A DNA stretch of 36,493 bases from a virus (taxonomy: Duplodnaviria > Heunggongvirae > Uroviricota > Caudoviricetes), in IMG/VR virus record IMGVR_UViG_2563366937_000005, positions 1 to 36,493 of that record. The stretch is one strand, 5' to 3'. A model generated the notes under the pieces. The model saw only the letters and a list, made by a program, of their open reading frames with translations. It searched no databases and was not told where the DNA came from. Positions within the stretch are counted from its first letter, which is position 1. Each line of letters starts with the position of its first letter. Positions 16,092 to 26,044 of this stretch are shown in pieces. A program made the translations under genes and the position numbers.

Positions 16092-16568
16092 ATGCAGGTG
16101 CTAAATCCCCAGCGTAAAGCTTTCCTTGATATGGTGGCTTGGTCAGAAGGAACGGATAACGGACGACAACCGACACGTAATCACGGTTATGATGTTATTG
16201 TTGGCGGCGAACTGTTTACTGATTACTCTGATCACCCTCGCAAACTTGTCACGTTAAACCCCAAACTCAAATCAACAGCCGCCGGACGTTATCAGCTTCT
16301 TTCACGCTGGTGGGATGCTTACCGTAAACAGCTTGGTTTGAAAGACTTCTCCCCCAAAAGCCAGGACGCAGTGGCATTGCAGCAGATTAAAGAGCGTGGC
16401 GCTTTACCGATGATTGATCGCGGTGATATCCGTCAGGCTATCGATCGTTGCAGCAATATCTGGGCGTCGTTACCTGGTGCAGGTTACGGTCAGTATGAAC
16501 ATAAAATCGGTGACCTGATTTCCCGGTTTAAAGAGGCTGGTGGGGTGGTAAATGAAGTTGAGCTATAA
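16092..16568 (+). CDS. R: Endolysin, lambda R-type lytic transglycosylase
   Basis: 158 aa; near-identical over long stretches to lambda R as I recall it (NQRKAFLDMLAWSEGTDNGRQKTRNHGYDVIVGGELFTDYSDHPRKLVTLNPKLKSTGAGRYQLLSRWWDAYRKQLGLKDFSPKSQDAVALQQIKERGALPMIDRGDIRQAIDRCSNIWASLPGAGYGQ). Confidence 0.9.
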   Translation: MQVLNPQRKAFLDMVAWSEGTDNGRQPTRNHGYDVIVGGELFTDYSDHPRKLVTLNPKLKSTAAGRYQLLSRWWDAYRKQLGLKDFSPKSQDAVALQQIKERGALPMIDRGDIRQAIDRCSNIWASLPGAGYGQYEHKIGDLISRFKEAGGVVNEVEL

Positions 16569-16944
16569 GCTGGTTATCGCTGCATTCTTCTTTACTGTCA
16601 TCGGTTCTTTCATCTGGTCTGCCAACCACTACTACAGCAAATATCAGCACGAAAAGAAACGTGCTGATGAGGCTGTACAAAATGTTGAATCTGCAACAGC
16701 CATTACCCGTAACGTCCTGCAATCACTGCAAATCGTCAATACAGTTATAGAGGTTAACCAGCATGCAAAACAGCAGATCGCACTGGAGTCACAGAGAACC
16801 CAGGAAGATATCAAAGTGGCTGTTGCGGATGATGATTGTGCTTCACGTCCTGTGCCTGCTGCCGCTGCTGACCGGTTGCGGAAATTCGCGAACGGTTTAC
16901 GTGAGCGCTCCGGTGGCACCACTGCCAGCCAGCCTGACTTCTGA
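16552..16944 (+). CDS. Rz-like inner-membrane spanin (i-spanin)
   Basis: 130 aa; N-terminal TM helix (LVIAAFFFTVIGSFIWS), then coiled-coil-like region; start overlaps the endolysin end. Confidence 0.6.
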   Translation: MKLSYKLVIAAFFFTVIGSFIWSANHYYSKYQHEKKRADEAVQNVESATAITRNVLQSLQIVNTVIEVNQHAKQQIALESQRTQEDIKVAVADDDCASRPVPAAAADRLRKFANGLRERSGGTTASQPDF

Positions 16945-17101
16945 TACTCCTGTACCGTTTATACCCAATCCGCTGACGTATGGTACCAGTCTGGAGTTGA
17001 ATGTTGCTCTATTGTCAGCCTTGGGACAATGTAATTTTGATAAAACTGGAATCAGAAAGATTGAATCACGGCGCGCTATTTTGCATTCGAAAGACAAATA
17101 G
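16829..17101 (+). CDS. Rz1-like outer-membrane lipoprotein spanin (o-spanin), overlapping Rz in the +1 frame
   Basis: Lipoprotein signal peptide with lipobox (MMIVLHVLCLLPLLTG|C), Pro-rich mature region; starts inside Rz and extends past it (overlapped rather than embedded). Start codon choice uncertain. Confidence 0.45.
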   Translation: MMIVLHVLCLLPLLTGCGNSRTVYVSAPVAPLPASLTSDTPVPFIPNPLTYGTSLELNVALLSALGQCNFDKTGIRKIESRRAILHSKDK

Positions 17102-17466
17102 CTCGAGTTATATTTTTCATTATCAGTGCGAATGCGCCTAATAAAGCTGTGTATTATGATAATTTTATAAAACTTATGGGCTTAAATTCAGACGCCAGCG
17201 TTTTTATAGTGTAATGTAGCAGCTTACATAAAATATGCATCGTGATTAACTATTAGTCCAACCTTTTGGACCAATATGAAAGTGGAAGTTTGTACAAATC
17301 GTTTGTAGATGATTAAACATGTGTCTAGTAGAGCTAGTCATGAACAGGTTTATTACGTATCATTTTGTTTAGATTATCGAGAGTACAACTAGTAGAGCAG
17401 CTAATCTTTAGATAGTGCCAGTGATGTTCACTTACGATAAACTAACCTTTTCATTCAGTGGAGGTT

Positions 17467-17904
17467 ATGATGTGGCATACATTACTTAACTGGCCTTGGG
17501 GAACTGTGTGGTCAGCTGTATCGGCTTTAGGTTCAATTGTAACTGTTACATTAGGTTTTTGGGCAATGAATGTTTGGCGGCGACAGGAGGCTCTGAAGGC
17601 CAAAATGGCTCTGAAAATGGCAGTGGCTGATTATTCAAATGCATTATCACAGCTACCTTTATCTCTTAGTCGTAATGTTCGTATTGAAAAAAGGGCCGAG
17701 CTACGAGAGTTAAGCCATAAATTAAATGCTATTAATAATGCTTTTTTGATATGCGAACATATGTTGGAAAAATACCCACGTGTAAACAGCGGTTGTCGTT
17801 CTTTATCTGTTGCCCACAAAGAATATATTAGAATGAGAGATAATAGTATTCAGGCGAAATATATTTGTCATAATATTCTTTCAGAACAGTTTGTATTCAA
17901 ATGA
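17467..17904 (+). CDS. Hypothetical single-pass membrane protein (about 145 aa) in an AT-rich moron between the lysis and packaging modules
   Basis: GGAGG directly upstream of tandem ATGs (the track ORF starts at GTG 17458); N-terminal TM helix (WGTVWSAVSALGSIVTVTLGFWAM); preceded by a 356-bp AT-rich non-coding region. Confidence 0.45.
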   Translation: MMWHTLLNWPWGTVWSAVSALGSIVTVTLGFWAMNVWRRQEALKAKMALKMAVADYSNALSQLPLSLSRNVRIEKRAELRELSHKLNAINNAFLICEHMLEKYPRVNSGCRSLSVAHKEYIRMRDNSIQAKYICHNILSEQFVFK

Positions 17905-18031
17905 AAATGAACGATTGGTATTTACTTGCCGTTTATTCATTGGATTGAAAAGTCTATTTAGCAAACCGTGTTAAAGCGGTTTCTGATTGCAGTTATGGTT
18001 AGATATTTAACGAAAACTACAGGGATAATAG

Positions 18032-18382
18032 ATGCCTCCACGAACCCCAAAAGCCTGCCGCGTTCGCGGCTGCCGCCATACCACGACTGACCCATCAGGC
18101 TACTGCGAAAGCCACAAAAGCGAAGGCTGGAAGCAATACAAGTCTGGCCAGTCCCGTCATCAGCGCGGTTATGGTTCGAAGTGGGACGTTATCCGCGCGC
18201 GTGTGCTGAAGCGTGACAAAGGCCTGTGCCAGTTGTGCCTGCGTGCCGGTGTGGTGCGCGAGGCGAAAACCGTTGACCACATCATCCCTAAAGCGCATGG
18301 CGGCACCGATGCAGACAGTAACCTACAGAGTCTGTGCTGGCCGTGTCATAAGGCGAAGACGGCCCGTGAACGGATTAAGTAA
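18032..18382 (+). CDS. HNH endonuclease (terminase-associated, HK97 gp74-like)
   Basis: 116 aa; N-terminal Cys cluster (CRVRGCRH...YCESH) and HNH motif (DHIIPKAHGGTDADSNLQSLCWPCH); immediately upstream of the terminase small subunit. Confidence 0.8.
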   Translation: MPPRTPKACRVRGCRHTTTDPSGYCESHKSEGWKQYKSGQSRHQRGYGSKWDVIRARVLKRDKGLCQLCLRAGVVREAKTVDHIIPKAHGGTDADSNLQSLCWPCHKAKTARERIK

Positions 18383-18507
18383 GAACCAGTTCCCACTGCC
18401 AGAGGGGAGGGGCGGGTCAAATCCCTGTGACCTGACGTCTTCCGGACTGCCCGCCCCATCGTTTTTTTATACCCGCGAAAAATGAAATTTAACCAGGAGT
18501 GCCGCAT
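18383..18507 (+). other. Candidate cos/packaging region (between HNH and terminase small subunit) containing an 8-bp GC stem ggggcggg/cccgcccc with 33-nt loop, then a T7 run
   Basis: Position corresponds to where cos lies in HK97-like genomes (between the HNH gene and terS); hairpin at 18411-18470 read directly; could alternatively be a terminator of the HNH gene. Confidence 0.3.
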
Positions 18508-19002
18508 ATGGCTGGAACGGCGGGGCGTTCCGGGCGTCGCCCCAAGCCAACGGCGCGCAAGGCGCTGGCCGGAAACCCCGGCAAGCGAGCCCTGAACAAA
18601 GATGAACCCGTTTTTACGCCCATCAAAGGTGTTGAGCCACCGGAGTGGTTCGCTGAAGAAGAGCTCCCTCTCGCCACGATCATGTGGCAACTGACAACCA
18701 AAGAACTCTGCGGTCAGGGCCTGCTGTGCGTGACTGACCTCGCAGTGCTTGAGCGGTGGTGCGTAGCCTATGAGTTCTGGCGACGTGCTGTGAAAAATAT
18801 TGCCAGACAGGGCAACACCATCACCGGTGCAATGGGCGGCATGGTCAAAAATCCGGAGCTGACCGCCAAAAAAGAACAGGAGTCCGAGATGAGCAGTACG
18901 GGGGCAATGCTCGGACTCGACCCCAGCAGCCGCCAGCGTCTGATTGGCCTGGCGGGGCAGAAGAAAGCCACTAACCCGTTTCTGAAAATTATCGAATCAT
19001 GA
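18508..19002 (+). CDS. Terminase small subunit (P27-family-like)
   Basis: Start at ATG 18508 ([14 protein letters not shown]...), with AGGAG upstream; ATGA-coupled to the terminase large subunit. Confidence 0.7.
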   Translation: MAGTAGRSGRRPKPTARKALAGNPGKRALNKDEPVFTPIKGVEPPEWFAEEELPLATIMWQLTTKELCGQGLLCVTDLAVLERWCVAYEFWRRAVKNIARQGNTITGAMGGMVKNPELTAKKEQESEMSSTGAMLGLDPSSRQRLIGLAGQKKATNPFLKIIES

Positions 19003-20732
19003 GCCGGAAATCTTACCCCAACGTAAATGCTGCCAATCAGTATGCCCGGGATGTCGTGCGCGGAAAGATTGTGGCCTGCCAGTTTGTGATTCAGGCCTGC
19101 CAGCGCCATCTTGATGACCTGATGGCGGAAAAAAGTAAGTCGTTTCGTTACCGCTTCGACAAGGACCTGGCTGAACGGGCCGCCAAATTTATTCAGCTGT
19201 TGCCGCACACCAAGGGTGAGTGGGCATTCAAGAGGATGCCCATCACGCTGGAGCCGTGGCAGCTCTTTGTGATCTGCTGTGCGTTTGGCTGGGTCAATAA
19301 AGGCACCCGGCTGCGCCGCTTCCGGGAGGTGTATACCGAAATCCCCCGTAAGAACGGCAAATCAGCAATCTCTGCCGGTGTCGCCCTGTATTGTTTTGCC
19401 TGTGATAACGAGTTCGGCGCGGAAGTGTATTCCGGTGCCACGACGGAGAAACAGGCATGGGAAGTCTTTCGTCCGGCAAGACTGATGTGTAAACGCACAC
19501 CCATGCTGACGGAAGCGTTCGGGATTGAGGTTAACGCCTCAAACATGAATCGTCCGGAGGATGGCGCGCGGTTTGAACCGCTGATCGGTAACCCCGGTGA
19601 TGGTTCATCACCCCACTGTGCGGTGGTGGATGAATATCACGAGCACGCCACCGATGCGCTTTACACCACGATGCTTACCGGGATGGGGGCGCGACGTCAG
19701 CCACTGATGTGGGCCATTACTACTGCCGGGTACAACATTGAGGGGCCGTGCTACGACAAGCGACGGGAAGTTATCGAGATGCTCAACGGGTCGGTACCCA
19801 ACGATGAACTGTTCGGGATCATCTATACCGTTGACGAAGGCGATGACTGGACCGACCCGCAGGTGCTGGAAAAAGCTAACCCGAATATTGGCGTGTCGGT
19901 TTATCGCGAATTTTTGTTAAGTCAGCAGCAGCGTGCGAAAAATAACGCCCGTCTGGCAAACGTCTTTAAAACAAAACACCTCAATATCTGGGTGTCGGCG
20001 CGTTCGGCGTATTTCAACCTGGTGAGCTGGCAGAGCTGCGAGGATAAATCACTGACCCTTGAGCAGTTCGAGGGGCAGCCGTGCATTCTGGCCTTTGACC
20101 TGGCGCGTAAGCTGGATATGAACAGCATGGCGCGACTTTATACCCGCGAGATTGACGGTAAAACGCATTACTACAGTGTGGCCCCGCGTTTCTGGGTACC
20201 GTATGACACGGTGTACAGCGTCGAGAAAAATGAAGATCGACGGACAGCCGAACGCTTTCAGAAATGGGTGGAAATGGGCGTTCTGACCGTTACCGATGGT
20301 GCGGAGGTGGATTATCGCTACATCCTCGAGGAGGCCAAAGCGGCGAACAAAATCAGCCCGGTCAGTGAGTCACCCATCGACCCCTTCGGGGCGACCGGGT
20401 TGTCACATGACCTTGCTGATGAAGACCTGAACCCCATCACTATCATTCAGAACTACACCAACATGTCCGACCCGATGAAAGAGCTGGAAGCGGCAATTGA
20501 ATCGGGGCGCTTTCATCATGATGGCAATCCCATCATGACCTGGTGTATCGGCAACGTGGTCGGCAAAACCATTCCGGGTAACGATGATGTGGTGAAGCCC
20601 GTCAAAGAGCAGGCGGAAAACAAAATCGATGGTGCAGTTGCGCTGATTATGGCGGTTGGCAGAGCCATGCTGTACGAGAAAGAAGACACGCTGTCTGACC
20701 ACATTGAGTCCTATGGGATCCGCTCGCTTTAA
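18999..20732 (+). CDS. Terminase large subunit (HK97-type Terminase_1)
   Basis: 577 aa; N-terminal ATPase region with Walker A-like [11 protein letters not shown] and C-terminal nuclease region; typical size and position. Confidence 0.9.
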
Positions 20733-20743
20733 CTGAGGTAATT

Positions 20744-20926
20744 ATGATCATGCTGATTCTCGCGCCTCTGGTGGGCGTGCTGGGGGCGCTTTTGCTGGCG
20801 TATGGTGCCTGGCTGATTTATCCCCCGGCGGGGTTTGTTGTTGCCGGGGCGTTGTGTCTGTTCTGGTCGTGGCTGGTGGCGCGATATCTCGACCGTACAC
20901 AGTCGTCTGTCGGCGGAGGTAAATAG
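20744..20926 (+). CDS. Small hydrophobic protein (60 aa, two predicted TM segments) between terminase and portal
   Basis: ATG preceded by TGAGG; hydrophobic throughout; coding status unverified. Confidence 0.35.
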
Positions 20927-22167
20927 TGTTCTTTTCGGGATTATTTCAACGAAAAAGTGACGCACCGGTGACCACGCCAGCAGAGCTGGCGGATGCTATC
21001 GGGTTGTCCTACGACACCTATACCGGAAAGCAGATCAGCAGCCAGCGGGCCATGCGACTGACGGCGGTTTTTTCCTGTGTCAGGGTGCTGGCGGAGTCGG
21101 TCGGGATGTTGCCCTGCAACCTGTATCACCTGAACGGCAGTCTGAAGCAGAGAGCCGCTGGCGAACGTCTGCATAAGCTGATCTCCACGCATCCCAATGG
21201 CTATATGACGCCGCAGGAGTTCTGGGAGCTGGTGGTCACCTGTCTGTGCCTGCGGGGAAACTTTTACGCCTACAAAGTGAAAGCATTTGGCGAAGTGGCT
21301 GAACTGCTGCCCGTCGATCCCGGCTGTGTGGTACCGAAGCTTAACAGTAGCTGGGAGCCGGTCTATCAGGTCACATTCCCGGATGGCTCCACGGATGTAC
21401 TGAGCCAGGAGGATATCTGGCATGTGCGCACGCTGACGCTGGACGGACTGGTGGGGCTGAATCCCATCGCCTATGCCCGCGAGGCAATATCGCTGGCGGC
21501 AGCGACCGAAGAGCACGGGGCCAGACTGTTCAGCAATGGCGCGGTGACGTCGGGTGTGTTGCGTACAGAGCAGACGCTGTCAGATCAGGCTTATGAGCGC
21601 CTGAAGAAAGATTTTGAGGAGCGTCACACCGGGCTTGGCAATGCTCACCGCCCGATGATCCTTGAGATGGGGCTGGACTGGAAGTCGATGGCGCTGAACG
21701 CCGAGGACAGCCAGTTCCTGGAAACCCGCAAGTTTCAGCTTGAAGAAATCTGTCGTCTGTTCCGGGTACCGTTGCACATGGTGCAGAACACCGATCGCGC
21801 CACCTTCAACAATATCGAAGAACTGGGGCTCGGATTTATCAACTATTCACTGGTGCCGTATCTGACCCGCATCGAACAGCGGATCAACACCGGACTGGTA
21901 CGAAAAAGTAAGCAGGGCGTTTATTACGCCAAATTTAACGCCGGGGCGTTACTGCGCGGGGATATGAAGTCCCGTTTTGAAGCCTACGCCACCGGGATTA
22001 ACTGGGGAATTTACTCTCCCAATGACTGCCGCGACCTGGAAGATATGAATCCGCGTCCCGGTGGTGATGTCTATCTCACACCGATGAACATGACCACGAA
22101 ACCCTCCGATGGCAGTAAAGCCGGTAAGCAGAAGGATAACGCCAATGCAGACGAAACAACGTCTTGA
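20926..22167 (+). CDS. Portal protein (HK97 family)
   Basis: 413 aa, GTG start preceded by GGAGG (6-nt spacer); size and position (after terminase, before prohead protease) typical of HK97-type portals. Confidence 0.85.
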   Translation: MFFSGLFQRKSDAPVTTPAELADAIGLSYDTYTGKQISSQRAMRLTAVFSCVRVLAESVGMLPCNLYHLNGSLKQRAAGERLHKLISTHPNGYMTPQEFWELVVTCLCLRGNFYAYKVKAFGEVAELLPVDPGCVVPKLNSSWEPVYQVTFPDGSTDVLSQEDIWHVRTLTLDGLVGLNPIAYAREAISLAAATEEHGARLFSNGAVTSGVLRTEQTLSDQAYERLKKDFEERHTGLGNAHRPMILEMGLDWKSMALNAEDSQFLETRKFQLEEICRLFRVPLHMVQNTDRATFNNIEELGLGFINYSLVPYLTRIEQRINTGLVRKSKQGVYYAKFNAGALLRGDMKSRFEAYATGINWGIYSPNDCRDLEDMNPRPGGDVYLTPMNMTTKPSDGSKAGKQKDNANADETTS

Positions 22168-22795
22168 TGTACCGCTGAGTCTGAAATCTGTCAGTGACTC
22201 CGGTGAGTTTGAAGGGTATGGCTCCGTCTTTGGTGTAAAGGACAGCCACGATGATGTGGTGATGTCCGGGGCATTTGCTGCTTCCCTGCGGGCGTGGAGT
22301 GACAGAAAAGCGTTACCTGCGCTGCTCTGGCAGCACCGCATGGATGAACCCATCGGTGTTTACACCGAAATGAAGGAAGACGATGTCGGGCTTTACGTCA
22401 GGGGACGGTTGCTTATTGATGATGATCCCCTCGCAAAACGCGCACATGCACACATGAAGGCCGGTTCGTTAACCGGCCTTTCTATTGGGTACGTCCTGAA
22501 AGACTGGGAATACGACCGGAGCAAAGAAGCCTTTCTGCTGAAAGAAATCGACCTCTGGGAAGTCAGCCTGGTGACGTTCCCGTCTAACGACGAGGCGCGG
22601 ATCAGCGACGTCAAGAACGCACTGGCCCGCGGGGAAATCCCCGAACAGAAAAAAATCGAAAGAGTCCTGCGTGATGTCGGACTCTCCCGTACCCAGGCCA
22701 AAGCATTCATGGCCGGGGGCTATGGCGCACTGTCCCTGCGCGACGCTGAGGATGTGGGCTCTGCACTGAATGCACTGAAAAATCTGAACTTCTAA
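22145..22795 (+). CDS. Prohead protease (HK97 family, S78-like)
   Basis: Start at the internal ATG (MQTKQRL...), with AAGGA upstream, overlapping the portal end; about 216 aa; position between portal and major capsid. Confidence 0.8.
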   Translation: MQTKQRLDVPLSLKSVSDSGEFEGYGSVFGVKDSHDDVVMSGAFAASLRAWSDRKALPALLWQHRMDEPIGVYTEMKEDDVGLYVRGRLLIDDDPLAKRAHAHMKAGSLTGLSIGYVLKDWEYDRSKEAFLLKEIDLWEVSLVTFPSNDEARISDVKNALARGEIPEQKKIERVLRDVGLSRTQAKAFMAGGYGALSLRDAEDVGSALNALKNLNF

Positions 22796-22809
22796 TCAGG
22801 AGAAATACG

Positions 22810-24015
22810 ATGGCGGTTGATATTAAAGATGTGGAACAGGTCGCGCAGGAGCTGCAGCAGAAGTTTGACGACTTCAAAGCAAAGAACGACAAGCGCGTGG
22901 ATGCGATTGAGCAGGAAAAAGGCAAACTTGCCGGGCAGGTGGAAACCCTGAACGGGAAACTCAGCGAGCTGGAAAACCTCAAAAGCGATCTTGAAAAAGA
23001 GCTGCTTGAGCTGAAACGTCCGGCAGGTGGTGCGCAAAATAAACTGGCCACCGAGCATAAAGAGGCGTTTGTGTGCTTCCTGCGTAAAGGCCGTGAAGAC
23101 GGTCTGCGCGATCTGGAGCGTAAGGCATTGCAGGTGGGCACCGATGAAGACGGTGGCTATGCCGTGCCGGAAGCGCTGGATCGCAACATTCTCAACCTGC
23201 TTAAAGATGAAGTGGTGATGCGTCAGGAAGCCACGGTGATCACCGTTGGCGGTTCCGACTACAAAAAACTGGTGAATCTGGGCGGTACGGCTTCCGGATG
23301 GGTGGGGGAAACGGATACGCGATCCCAGACTGCCACCTCCAGACTGGAGCTGATTGAACCTCTCATGGGGGAAATCTACGGTAACCCGCAGGCCACCCAG
23401 AAAATGCTGGACGATGCCTTTTTCAACGTGGAGGCCTGGATCAACAGCGAGCTGGCAACCGAATTTGCCGAACAGGAAGAAATTGCCTTTACCTCAGGCG
23501 ATGGCACCAAGAAGCCGAAAGGGTTCCTGGCGTATGAATCCACTGATGAAACCGATAAGGTCCGGGCGTTCGGCAAACTTCAGCATATTGTATCCGGCGA
23601 CGCGACTGCGGTGACCGCAGACGCCATTATCAAACTGATTTACACGCTGCGTAAGGCACACCGCACCGGCGCGAAGTTCATGATGAACAACAACAGCCTG
23701 TTTGCCATCCGTCTGCTGAAAGACACCGAGGGTAACTATCTGTGGCGTCCGGGGCTGGAACTGGGGCAGCCGTCCTCTCTGGCGGGTTACGGTATCGCTG
23801 AAAACGAACAGATGCCGGATATCGCCGCTGATGCGAAAGCCATTGCATTTGGTAACTTCAAACGGGGTTACACCATCGTTGACCGTATCGGCACCCGCAT
23901 TCTGCGTGACCCGTACACCAATAAACCGTTTGTCGGTTTTTATACCACCAAGCGCACCGGCGGGATGCTGGTCGATTCGCAGGCCATCAAACTGCTGAAG
24001 ATTGCAGCGGCGTAA
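22810..24015 (+). CDS. Major capsid protein (HK97 fold, with N-terminal coiled-coil delta/scaffold domain)
   Basis: 401 aa; AGGAG SD; N-terminal 100 aa highly charged coiled-coil; followed by a strong hairpin. Confidence 0.85.
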   Translation: MAVDIKDVEQVAQELQQKFDDFKAKNDKRVDAIEQEKGKLAGQVETLNGKLSELENLKSDLEKELLELKRPAGGAQNKLATEHKEAFVCFLRKGREDGLRDLERKALQVGTDEDGGYAVPEALDRNILNLLKDEVVMRQEATVITVGGSDYKKLVNLGGTASGWVGETDTRSQTATSRLELIEPLMGEIYGNPQATQKMLDDAFFNVEAWINSELATEFAEQEEIAFTSGDGTKKPKGFLAYESTDETDKVRAFGKLQHIVSGDATAVTADAIIKLIYTLRKAHRTGAKFMMNNNSLFAIRLLKDTEGNYLWRPGLELGQPSSLAGYGIAENEQMPDIAADAKAIAFGNFKRGYTIVDRIGTRILRDPYTNKPFVGFYTTKRTGGMLVDSQAIKLLKIAAA

Positions 24016-24021
24016 TCACTC

Positions 24022-24049
24022 AGGGGCGCGGAACCGCGCCCCCTGTTCT
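24022..24049 (+). terminator. Strong hairpin after the major capsid gene (aggggcgcg-gaac-cgcgcccct); possible terminator or attenuator
   Basis: 9-bp perfect GC stem; weak U-tract (GTTCTG), so termination efficiency uncertain. Confidence 0.35.
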
Positions 24050-24064
24050 GACGGGTGAAGAATC

Positions 24065-24265
24065 ATGATCCTGAAACAAGATCTGAAATGGTCACCGGAC
24101 GGTATGCGTGTTGAGGTCATTCGGGCCGGTGAGTATGACGACGGGGCGCTTCCTGCCCGGGTGCAGGAGATTGCACTTCAGGCCGGGTTAGCAGAGCGCG
24201 GAACCAGTGCAAAAAGCAGTAAAGCGACAAAAGAGAAAAAAGCCACGACCAGTAAAGAGGGCTGA
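24065..24265 (+). CDS. Small hypothetical head-module protein (66 aa)
   Basis: ORF between capsid and connector genes; Lys/Ser-rich C-terminus; coding status unverified. Confidence 0.3.
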   Translation: MILKQDLKWSPDGMRVEVIRAGEYDDGALPARVQEIALQAGLAERGTSAKSSKATKEKKATTSKEG

Positions 24266-24267
24266 GT

Positions 24268-24591
24268 ATGCTTCTGACAATGGAAGAGATTAAAGCCCAA
24301 CTCCGGCTGGATGAGGATTTCGATGCTGATGACCGCCATCTGCAACTGCTGGCCTGTGCGGCGCAAAAGCGGACGGAAACGTATCTGAACCGGAAGCTCT
24401 ATGCACCGGATGAAACCATTCCGGACAGCGACCCGGACGGACTGCACCTGCCGGATGATATTCGTCTGGGGATGCTGATGCTTATCAGCCATTTTTACGA
24501 AAACCGCTCGTCGGTTACGGAAGTGGAGAAACTCGACATGCCGCAGAGTTTTGGCTGGCTTGTCGGCCCGTACAGGTACTTTCCGCAATGA
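24268..24591 (+). CDS. Head-tail connector protein (gp6-like)
   Basis: 107 aa, ATGA-coupled to the next gene; position and size typical. Confidence 0.55.
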   Translation: MLLTMEEIKAQLRLDEDFDADDRHLQLLACAAQKRTETYLNRKLYAPDETIPDSDPDGLHLPDDIRLGMLMLISHFYENRSSVTEVEKLDMPQSFGWLVGPYRYFPQ

Positions 24592-24998
24592 AAATTCGTC
24601 AGGCGCAGACCAGCGCAACCTACATTCTGCCGGACCCGGGTGAACTGAATAAACGCGTCCTGATCCGCCTGCGGGTGGATATGCCCGCGGATAACTTTGG
24701 CGTGGAGCCTCAATACCCGGTTACGTTCCGGACATGGGCGAAGGTTATCCAGACCAGTGCCACCACCTGGCAGGAAACCGCGCAGACCGGGGACGCCATC
24801 ACCCATTACATCACCATTCGTTACCGCCGGAGGATCACCGCTGATTATGAGGTGGTCTGCGGTGACAGTGTGTACCGGGTGAAACGTCAGCGCGATCTGA
24901 ACGGGGCGCGGCGCTTTCTGCTGCTGGAGTGTACGGAGCTGGGCGAATGTAGGCAGAGTCACGGAGGCAGCAATGGCGACTCCCTTTTTTCACGTTGA
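24588..24998 (+). CDS. Head closure / head-tail joining protein
   Basis: 136 aa; position in the head-tail joining block; assignment by position and size. Confidence 0.5.
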   Translation: MKIRQAQTSATYILPDPGELNKRVLIRLRVDMPADNFGVEPQYPVTFRTWAKVIQTSATTWQETAQTGDAITHYITIRYRRRITADYEVVCGDSVYRVKRQRDLNGARRFLLLECTELGECRQSHGGSNGDSLFSR

Positions 24999-25479
24999 TG
25001 TTCAGCAGCCCGCCGAGATGCGCTTTAACCGCGCCCGTGTCCGGCGGGCGTTTGTCACGATTGGGCAGCGTCATATGCGTGATGCCCGTCGGCTGGTGAT
25101 GCGCCGTGCGCGGTCGGCACCGGGTGAAAACCCCGGTTATCAGACCGGACGCCTGGCTCGTTCGATTGGTTATATGGTGCCGAGAGCCAGTAAAAAGCGA
25201 GCCGGTTTTATGACACGCATTGCCCCTAACCAGCGCAACGGGAAGGGGAACCGGATGATCTCTGGTGACTTCTATCCGGCGTTTCTGTTTTTTGGTGTCC
25301 GGGGAGGAGCAAAACGTCGTCGTAGTCATCATCGTGGTGCATCCGGTGGCAGCGGCTGGCGACTGGCTCCACGTAATAACTTCATGGTGGAAACTCTTGA
25401 AAAGAACCGCAGCTGGACACGCTATTTTCTGGCGCGGGAATTGCGTAAATCACTGAAGCCGGAGCGACGACACAGATGA
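24973..25479 (+). CDS. HK97 gp10-like tail completion/neck protein
   Basis: 168 aa; GGAGG SD; basic protein in the neck position; assignment by position. Confidence 0.45.
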   Translation: MATPFFHVDVQQPAEMRFNRARVRRAFVTIGQRHMRDARRLVMRRARSAPGENPGYQTGRLARSIGYMVPRASKKRAGFMTRIAPNQRNGKGNRMISGDFYPAFLFFGVRGGAKRRRSHHRGASGGSGWRLAPRNNFMVETLEKNRSWTRYFLARELRKSLKPERRHR

Positions 25480-26036
25480 AACTGACGCCTGTTATTGCTG
25501 CGCTGCGTGCCCGCTGCCCGTATTTTGAAAACCGGGTGGCAGGCGCGGCACAGTTCAAAAATCTGCCGGAGGTCGGAAAGCTGAGACTCCCGGCGGCGTA
25601 TGTGGTACCGGGTGATGACTCTCCGGGAGAAAACAAAAGCCAGACCGACTACTGGCAGGAGCTGAAAGAGGGCTTCTCCGTGGTTGTCATACTGAGTAAC
25701 GGGCGTGATGAGCGCGGTCAGTTTGCCTCGTATGATGTGGTGGACGATGTCCGGCAGATGCTCTTTAAGGCCCTGCTGGGCTGGAACCCGGAAGCGTGCG
25801 GTAACCCGATTACCTATGACGGCGGCACGCTGCTGGATCTGAATCGTCATGAGCTGATTTATCAGTTCGATTTTTCGGTCATCAGCGAGCTGACTGAAGA
25901 CGATACCCGCCAGCAGGATGATCTGAACAGTCTGGATGAACTGCAAACGCTGGCGATTGATGTCGATTATCTCGATCCCGGTAACGGGCCTGACGGCGAT
26001 ATCGAACATCACACCGAAATAACCCTTCCTTCCTGA
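25476..26036 (+). CDS. Tail-associated protein (186 aa; tail terminator/completion candidate)
   Basis: ATGA-coupled; acidic C-terminus; lies directly before the sheath block. Confidence 0.45.
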   Translation: MKLTPVIAALRARCPYFENRVAGAAQFKNLPEVGKLRLPAAYVVPGDDSPGENKSQTDYWQELKEGFSVVVILSNGRDERGQFASYDVVDDVRQMLFKALLGWNPEACGNPITYDGGTLLDLNRHELIYQFDFSVISELTEDDTRQQDDLNSLDELQTLAIDVDYLDPGNGPDGDIEHHTEITLPS

Positions 26037-26044
26037 GGATCCTC

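Noticed and set aside
17102-17457. Possible sRNA or small ORF in the AT-rich region upstream of the 148-aa moron gene
   Set aside because: Only very short ORFs with no SD; the sequence looks like an AT-rich promoter/leader region. Cannot be excluded without transcript data, but there is no positive evidence.
20941-21516. Long antisense ORFs within terminase, portal, capsid and tail genes (e.g. 20941-21516 -, 25422-26012 -, 27006-27422 -, 31116-31613 -, 33343-33801 -)
   Set aside because: All are antisense to genes in a tightly packed, translationally coupled late operon; Arg/Pro/His-rich translations typical of GC-rich antisense frames.
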